This document shows positions 58,488 to 64,000 of a stretch of 64,000 nt of DNA, in pieces; position 1 is the stretch's first letter, and each line of letters begins with the position of its first letter. The translations under genes and the position numbers were made by a program. The notes beneath the pieces were generated by a model. It made no database searches. It saw only the letters and a list, made by a program, of their open reading frames with translations, and had not been told where the DNA came from. Where the stretch lies: contig CAWIXE010000002.1 of assembly GCA_963840035.1 (NCBI GenBank), positions 224,001 to 288,000 on the forward strand, written 5' to 3'. Origin of the DNA: a candidate division FCPU426 bacterium (GTDB lineage Bacteria; Oederibacteriota; PGYV01; Palsa-1178).

Positions 58488-60377
58488 TTATTTATGATAA
58501 AAATAGAGGCCGTCAGTTTTTGCTGCTTTTAGGCCTTTTATGCCGAGAAGTATATCCGTCCCGTATATTGGCGAGTCTGTTACCAGGTAGTAACCGCTGT
58601 CAAAAAGGCCCTTTAAGAAATTTACGTACCCGGCCTTGTCATACCACGCGCTGGACGGCGTATAATATGAGACCGCCCTGTAGCCGCCGAGATAATACAG
58701 CAGAAATTCGTTTGTGAGGCTTGCTATATAAACCCTGGGGCTGTTTGATGTAATTTGTTTAATGGTTTCCACCATGGCCGGTATGTTTTTGGGCGCGGAT
58801 ACCTTTTTATACTGGCCTGAACGCAGGCGGGAAAGCTGGACCTGGAGCTTGTCGTTTATTTCATTCGGGTTTGACAGGGCTAAGGAGACAATCAGAAGAA
58901 CCGGTATAAGGTATACTGCCGCGGCGTTTGAGAGCCTGGACCGGACGGATGATTTTTCCGCGGGAGGACCAAAGGAAATAAGGTCTAATAGCATGAATAA
59001 GACAAACATCAGCGATGCGGAGATGACCAGTATGTTATTTTCGTGGCTTCTCCCGAAGAAATACAGCGAGTTGCCGGCTGCAAGCGTCAGCAGGTAAAAA
59101 CCGGAACAAAAATATTTTTCCCCGATCGCATTTCTTTTTATCAGAAGAACGGCTGCCGCGCCGGCAAAAACAGGGAAGAAGTGCCAGAAAAAAGAAACGC
59201 GGGAAATTTTCATAAAAGTGATACTAAGCGAGGTAATGGCTGAAGCGGCAGGGTTGCCGCCCGCTCCGAAGAGCGCGGGGTACACAAGCCAGGATACTGC
59301 TATGATGGCGGCGTTCATTAGCGCGGGTTTGAGGCGGTTTTTCACCGCGTTTGCGGCGCCCGCGCCCGCCAGCAGGTCAAAAATAAAAAGCAGGGCTATG
59401 AACTCCATATACGCGGCGGTGTATATAACCCCGAAAGTATTTGAAACAACCACAAAAAAACCTGTTAATATCCCGACGGCCGGAGAATATGGCCCGAGGA
59501 AATAAGCAATGGCCATGAGCGGAAACCACAGCTGCATGCGCAGCGCGGAGTTCTGCGGGCCGTATGTGGGATCTGCGCGTATGATATAAATGCTCATAAG
59601 CACGGTGGCTACAAGCATAAGGAACGGCAGTGTTTTATTCATAAAAAATTTCAGGCTGAAAAGGAGCAGCCCCGAGAGCGTTATGTAAAGGCATGCTTCG
59701 GCAAAAATATACATGTGGGTAAACTGCAGCCCGAGCTTCAGCCAGAGGGCGGCAACCGCGGATAAAAGCAGGTCGTACTGGAAAAATATCTCGTTTAGCC
59801 TGTATCCCTGCAGAAGTTTAAGCGCTGGCATGAAGATGAAGTTGTACTCGTAAGGGCTGAAGATAACTACCGGGATAAAACACGCGGGTATGAGCAGTAT
59901 AAGGAATACTGCTGCGCCGGTTATAGGTGAGTATCTGGCTGCCAGCATGAGAGCTGCGCTTATCCCCAGGAAAAATAAAACAACGCCGAATGACGGGCTG
60001 GAAAAAAAGGGGGCCCGGTTTTCGGAAAAGTACACCGGGACATGGTACCCGATCTTATAATAGAAATAAATAATGGGCAGGGCCATAGCCGCAAAAACAA
60101 GTGTATTTCTTATAAGCGGTTTATTCTTCATTATAACAACGGTAAAAACTGAGGCGGCGGAGATACAGGCGAGCAAAAGCGCGTAAAGGACGTATAATTC
60201 CACCCCGTCCCTGTCACTTAGCCAGATTATGCACCAGGAGGTATAGTCGTCCATATTTATGGGGCTGTTCCGCCAGATAAGGGGGGATAAAGCGAAGAAA
60301 ATAAAATATGCAACAGATGAAATAAAAGCGGAAAACAATAAGGCTCTTAAGAGTAATTTATCGTTTTTTTCAGGCAT
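58488..60377 (-). CDS. Polytopic membrane protein, possibly GT-C-like envelope modification enzyme
   Basis: 629 aa, many TM segments, QYDLL loop, YFFGRSHENN, soluble C-terminal domain. Confidence 0.65.
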   Translation of the reverse strand: MPEKNDKLLLRALLFSAFISSVAYFIFFALSPLIWRNSPINMDDYTSWCIIWLSDRDGVELYVLYALLLACISAASVFTVVIMKNKPLIRNTLVFAAMALPIIYFYYKIGYHVPVYFSENRAPFFSSPSFGVVLFFLGISAALMLAARYSPITGAAVFLILLIPACFIPVVIFSPYEYNFIFMPALKLLQGYRLNEIFFQYDLLLSAVAALWLKLGLQFTHMYIFAEACLYITLSGLLLFSLKFFMNKTLPFLMLVATVLMSIYIIRADPTYGPQNSALRMQLWFPLMAIAYFLGPYSPAVGILTGFFVVVSNTFGVIYTAAYMEFIALLFIFDLLAGAGAANAVKNRLKPALMNAAIIAVSWLVYPALFGAGGNPAASAITSLSITFMKISRVSFFWHFFPVFAGAAAVLLIKRNAIGEKYFCSGFYLLTLAAGNSLYFFGRSHENNILVISASLMFVLFMLLDLISFGPPAEKSSVRSRLSNAAAVYLIPVLLIVSLALSNPNEINDKLQVQLSRLRSGQYKKVSAPKNIPAMVETIKQITSNSPRVYIASLTNEFLLYYLGGYRAVSYYTPSSAWYDKAGYVNFLKGLFDSGYYLVTDSPIYGTDILLGIKGLKAAKTDGLYFYHK

Positions 60378-60551
60378 TCCGGCTCCTTTAAAACAAAAGC
60401 ATTATATTCCAAAGCAGGGGCCGGGTCAATTTGTATTTTACGCGATTATTAAATGGATGATTTATTTATTCATATTGAAATGGAGTTTTAAGCGGGATGT
60501 GATATAATTACAATATATTGGGGATTTAAAAGATGATTTAACGGGGTGTTA

Positions 60552-60934
60552 TTGGGCCTGAACCTGACAAAGCACATTGTGGAGGCTCACGGCGGGTGTA
60601 TATGGTCTGAATCAGGCGGGAAGGGAAAAGGCGCGTGTTTTTATTTCGCGATACCGTTGAAATAAATGGAAAATGCAAAAATAAAAGAAATACTGCTTGT
60701 TGATGATGAGCCGTCCATGGGCAAGGTGTTTTCGGCAATTTTTGAGGCTGATGCGGGGTACAAACTACTGTGGGTCCCCGGCGGTGAAGAATGCCTGAAA
60801 ACTATTTTTCGCCGCTTTTTGGGGATGAACTAAGGTCCAAAGCCGCGGCAACCGGGGCAGACGGATTCATACAAAAGGGAATTAATTTATTTGAGACTGT
60901 AAAGACAATAAAAAAGCTTTTGGAAGAAGGATAA
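60552..60934 (+). pseudogene. Two-component remnant: histidine kinase C-terminal tip plus internally deleted, frameshifted receiver
   Basis: 60552..60665 LGLNLTKHIVEAHGGCIWSESGGKGKGACFYFAIPLK*; 60666 MENAKIKEILLVDDEP...GGEECL, then in another frame AAATGADGFIQKG...*. Confidence 0.8.
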
Positions 60935-60998
60935 GGCGCCTGTATCACCGCGTTTTTTACATTTAAACGATTTTATAACGGCGTTTTCTGAAAACATC

Positions 60999-61026
60999 TT
61001 GACATAACAGCCATATATGGTAATAT
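60999..61026 (+). promoter_or_regulatory. Sigma70-type promoter
   Basis: TTGACA-16 bp-TAATAT with TG extension. Confidence 0.6.
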
Positions 61027-61069
61027 TATTGAAGTAATCAGGGAAAAAATAAAAATAGGTGGCGATAAT

Positions 61070-61816
61070 ATGAGAAAAATTACCGCAATAACGCTGGTTA
61101 TCAGCATATTAATTTCACCGTTAGCGTTCGCCGCTGACGCCCCGAAGCCATCAACTACACCCAGCAAAATGTCAATTATTGAGCAAAAAGTGCAGGAAAA
61201 ACTTGATGTTATAAACAGGGCCGGCACAACAGGCCAGAACGTTGAAAAAGAAATAACCTTTGATAAGTACAAAAAGAAAGCAGTCGAGGAGAAACCCCTT
61301 GCTGACATGTCAAACGCCCCTAAATTCGATATGATAACACTCGCCCAGCTTAATGTATTCGCCGGTTTCTTTGAAGGCGGCCTCATAGGAGCGGGCATCG
61401 GCCTTATCGGCTATTCCAAATCCATGAACACGGACAGGCGGCCGCTGGTTGCCGGGTCCATCGCAGGCTTATTTACAGGCGCCGGATTGGCAGCGGGGCT
61501 GTCGCTCTGGCAGTCAATTTCAAAAAGGTATTCATCGTCTGACGACTACGGTTATGACCTCATAGGAGGGACAGTAGTAGGCGCGTGCATAGGCGCGGCA
61601 GGCGGTCTCATATCATACGGAAAGACAAGGGACCTTGAGAATGTATCGGAAGGCATGGGATGGGGAGTGCTGGTAGGCGCTACGCTTGGCCTGGCCCTCG
61701 GCACCATTGAAACATTCATACCTGAGGAATACAGGGGTATGTCATTAAAACTTCGCGCGTTTAACATAGAGCAGAGAAATGATGCTACTGTGTTAAGCTG
61801 CAACATAAAGTACTGA
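61070..61816 (+). CDS. Secreted Gly-zipper-rich protein
   Basis: Signal peptide ...PLAFA; several GxxxG helices; ends LSCNIKY. Confidence 0.75.
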   Translation: MRKITAITLVISILISPLAFAADAPKPSTTPSKMSIIEQKVQEKLDVINRAGTTGQNVEKEITFDKYKKKAVEEKPLADMSNAPKFDMITLAQLNVFAGFFEGGLIGAGIGLIGYSKSMNTDRRPLVAGSIAGLFTGAGLAAGLSLWQSISKRYSSSDDYGYDLIGGTVVGACIGAAGGLISYGKTRDLENVSEGMGWGVLVGATLGLALGTIETFIPEEYRGMSLKLRAFNIEQRNDATVLSCNIKY

Positions 61817-61825
61817 GGTGGCCCG

Positions 61826-62191
61826 ATGAAAAAAACACTGATTGCTCTCATAATATCGGCCGTGCTCGCGTCATGCGCGATGGCCGGCGACATAGGAAAT
61901 ATAATCGGCGTTGACCTTCTGATCGGCGCCGCGGGCGGCGCTGCCATGGGCTGCGCGCTGGCCACTCCTTCGTATATGTCCGGCGACCAGAAAGACGCGA
62001 CGACATTTTTAGTCGGAGCCGGATGGGGCGCGCTTGCGGGTTCCATAGTGGGGCTGGCTTACGGGGTATACGGGGTCATAGAGCACGTTAACATGAGGTC
62101 AAAGTCGAAAACCGGCATGATAGAGCCTGACGGGGTATTCGTCGAATATAACACGCAAAAATGCGGGTTGCAGTTTACAAGGGTATTCTAA
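61826..62191 (+). CDS. Secreted Gly-zipper-rich small protein
   Basis: Signal peptide; GAAGGAAMG, GAGWGALAG; ends LQFTRVF. Confidence 0.75.
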   Translation: MKKTLIALIISAVLASCAMAGDIGNIIGVDLLIGAAGGAAMGCALATPSYMSGDQKDATTFLVGAGWGALAGSIVGLAYGVYGVIEHVNMRSKSKTGMIEPDGVFVEYNTQKCGLQFTRVF

Positions 62192-62220
62192 AAAAACATA
62201 TTTTGAAAGGGAGGCAGATC

Positions 62221-62649
62221 ATGAAAAAGACTAAAGTTCTATTGCTTGTAGTTGTAGCTTTATCTGTTGTTTTTACTATCGGCTGCGCGGCAAGGCAGAC
62301 GGTAAAGCCGGACGTAACACCGGAGCCGACACAGAACGCGGCAGTGGAAGAACCCACGCCGGTAGCTACGGCTGTTCCGGGAGTAAAGTATGTTGTAAAA
62401 AAAGGCGATACTCTCTGGGGAATATCTTCACTCGGAAAGATCTATCAGGACCCGTTCCAGTGGCCGCTCATTTTTAAATCAAACAGGGACCAGATAAATG
62501 ACCCGGATATCATCGAAATCGGCCAGCAGCTTGAGGTAAACAAAGGCCTTTCATCAGAGGAAATATCTGACGCGGTCCAGAAAGCCAAAGACACCCCTCC
62601 GTATAAGCCGCACACGGCGCCGAGGAAGGCTCTTCCGCTTAAGTATTAA
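62221..62649 (+). CDS. LysM-domain lipoprotein
   Basis: Lipobox TIGC; YVVKKGDTLWGIS...WPLIFKSNRDQINDPDIIEIGQQL. Confidence 0.9.
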   Translation: MKKTKVLLLVVVALSVVFTIGCAARQTVKPDVTPEPTQNAAVEEPTPVATAVPGVKYVVKKGDTLWGISSLGKIYQDPFQWPLIFKSNRDQINDPDIIEIGQQLEVNKGLSSEEISDAVQKAKDTPPYKPHTAPRKALPLKY

Positions 62650-62679
62650 TTAGCCATAAGCCATAAAGTGTTATATAAT

Positions 62680-62714
62680 GCAGGGGCCGGTGAAAGCCGG
62701 CCCTTGCTCTTTTT
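62680..62714 (+). terminator. Intrinsic terminator
   Basis: GCAGGGGCCGG-TGAAAG-CCGGCCCTTGC-TCTTTTT. Confidence 0.7.
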
Positions 62715-62820
62715 AATGCGTTCGGAGGGTGGAGTGAGGCGTAAAGCGTTCGGAGTTGAACTGCTTACGGTCCAAACTTCGAACCCCGAACTCCGAACCC
62801 CGAACAATACAGGCGGTTTT

Positions 62821-63234
62821 ATGAAACAAAACACAGTGAACACAACCTACAGAAAGCATTTCACCCCGGGCATAGACCCGGCTGCTGTTATATCCCTTAT
62901 TTTACAGGGGGAAAGAAAGCAGGGGCTTGAAATTAACCTTGTTTTTGTGGATAATAGGGAGATAAAGGCCATAAACCTGGAGTATCGGCTGAAGAACCGG
63001 GAAACTGACGTTATTTCCTTTGAGTCAAAGAGCGGCGGGGATATATTTATTTCCGTGGATAAGGCACGGCAACAGGCTAAGGAGTACGGCGCGGGATTAA
63101 GCGAAGAAATAATAAGGCTCACGGTGCACGGGACGCTGCACGTGCTCGGGTATGACCACATAAAAAAGGCGGATGAGAAAAAGATGAAACCGAAAGAGAA
63201 TAAGTACATGAAAAAAGCGATGGCGGGCCTGTAA
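62821..63234 (+). CDS. ybeY: rRNA maturation endoribonuclease YbeY
   Basis: INLEYR..NRETDVISF, GDIFIS, HGTLHVLGYDH. Confidence 0.92.
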   Translation: MKQNTVNTTYRKHFTPGIDPAAVISLILQGERKQGLEINLVFVDNREIKAINLEYRLKNRETDVISFESKSGGDIFISVDKARQQAKEYGAGLSEEIIRLTVHGTLHVLGYDHIKKADEKKMKPKENKYMKKAMAGL

Positions 63235-64000
63235 TGGATTTTATGATGCAGTTGCAGCTTTACATACTAGCGGCGCTTTTCATACTTGCCGCGCTCCTGT
63301 CAGCGGCGGAGACGGCCATCATAGGCATGAACAGGATCAAGATAATGGCCAACATAAAGGAAAACCATCCGAAATCAAAATACCTGAAAGTGTGGATGTC
63401 CGAGCCTAACAAGCTGCTCGCTACGCTTTCCATCTGCATAAATGTGGTGGCGATTTCCTCATCCACGATAGGCGCTTTCATATCCATCGACATAGCATCG
63501 ATGACAGGCATAGACCCGGCAATCACCGCTACTGCCATGGCCGCGCTGATAACCATTATCATAATAGTCTTTGGCGAAATATCGCCGAAGATTTTCGCGA
63601 TACATAACACGGAAAAACTCGGGCTGGCCCTGATCGGCCCGGTCGTCATGATATACAGGATGATCAGGCCCTTAACCGAGCTGTTTGTAAAGATAAGCAG
63701 CGCCACAATAAAACTTTTTGGCGGGCAGGCGTCTTCGAGCATACCCGTAATATCCGCGAAGGATATTACGGCGGTGCTAAGCGCGAGCGAGGAACAGGGG
63801 TATATAGACGAGCAGGAAAAGGAAATGATGTCGTCGATTTTGAGTTTTACGGACATGCAGGTTAAGCAGGCCATGGTGCCCAGGACGTCGATTACGGCTG
63901 TCGACATAGCGTGGAGCGAGGATAAAATCCTGGACATGATAATGGAAGCCGGCTATTCCAGGATGCCGGTTTATAAAGGAAGCCTGGATAATATCGTGGG
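63234..64000 (+). CDS. CNNM(DUF21)/CBS hemolysin-family membrane protein, 3-prime truncated
   Basis: Not in the ORF track; manual translation from the TAATG overlap: MDFMMQLQLYILAALFILAALLSAAETA...FGEISPK...AMVPRT...GYSRMPVY. Confidence 0.9.
   Translation, partial: MDFMMQLQLYILAALFILAALLSAAETAIIGMNRIKIMANIKENHPKSKYLKVWMSEPNKLLATLSICINVVAISSSTIGAFISIDIASMTGIDPAITATAMAALITIIIIVFGEISPKIFAIHNTEKLGLALIGPVVMIYRMIRPLTELFVKISSATIKLFGGQASSSIPVISAKDITAVLSASEEQGYIDEQEKEMMSSILSFTDMQVKQAMVPRTSITAVDIAWSEDKILDMIMEAGYSRMPVYKGSLDNIV

Noticed and set aside
491..62046. Numerous minus-strand and off-frame ORFs overlapping long genes (e.g. 17219..18391, 2761..3462, 41058..41678)
   Set aside because: Antisense shadows of well-supported genes, with no motifs of their own
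63260..63937. Minus-strand 225-aa ORF
   Set aside because: Antisense shadow of the + strand CNNM/CBS gene starting at 63234

Overview
Chromosomal window from a diderm bacterium (TolC, many lipoproteins), with almost all genes on the + strand. Content in order: end of a macA-like gene and macB; a K+-independent H+-pyrophosphatase (hppA, one frameshift); a small GIY-YIG nuclease embedded in seven TGTCATTGCGAG...GAAGCAATC palindromic repeats; ychF; a signal-peptide-bearing Hsp20 between two paralogous secreted Lys/Glu/Ala-rich proteins; TolC plus two RND pumps with no adaptor gene; a 7 x 97-103 bp palindromic tandem array; a 17-kb run of short accessory genes separated by several REP-like hairpin families, some with smaller hairpins inserted into their loops; two complete tandem Ehr (hydrogenase-4-like, no Ni-binding cysteines) operons, each headed by an HTH-PTS EIIA gene; non-discriminating aspS; a decayed two-component remnant; Gly-zipper secreted proteins, LysM, ybeY and a partial CNNM/CBS gene. 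No rRNA, tRNA, CRISPR, integrase or transposase was recognised. Best candidates for an undescribed system: the GIY-YIG/palindrome module with the nested repeat families, the duplicated HTH-EIIA-Ehr operons, and the exported sHSP module. All calls are by eye, from motifs; no database search was run.
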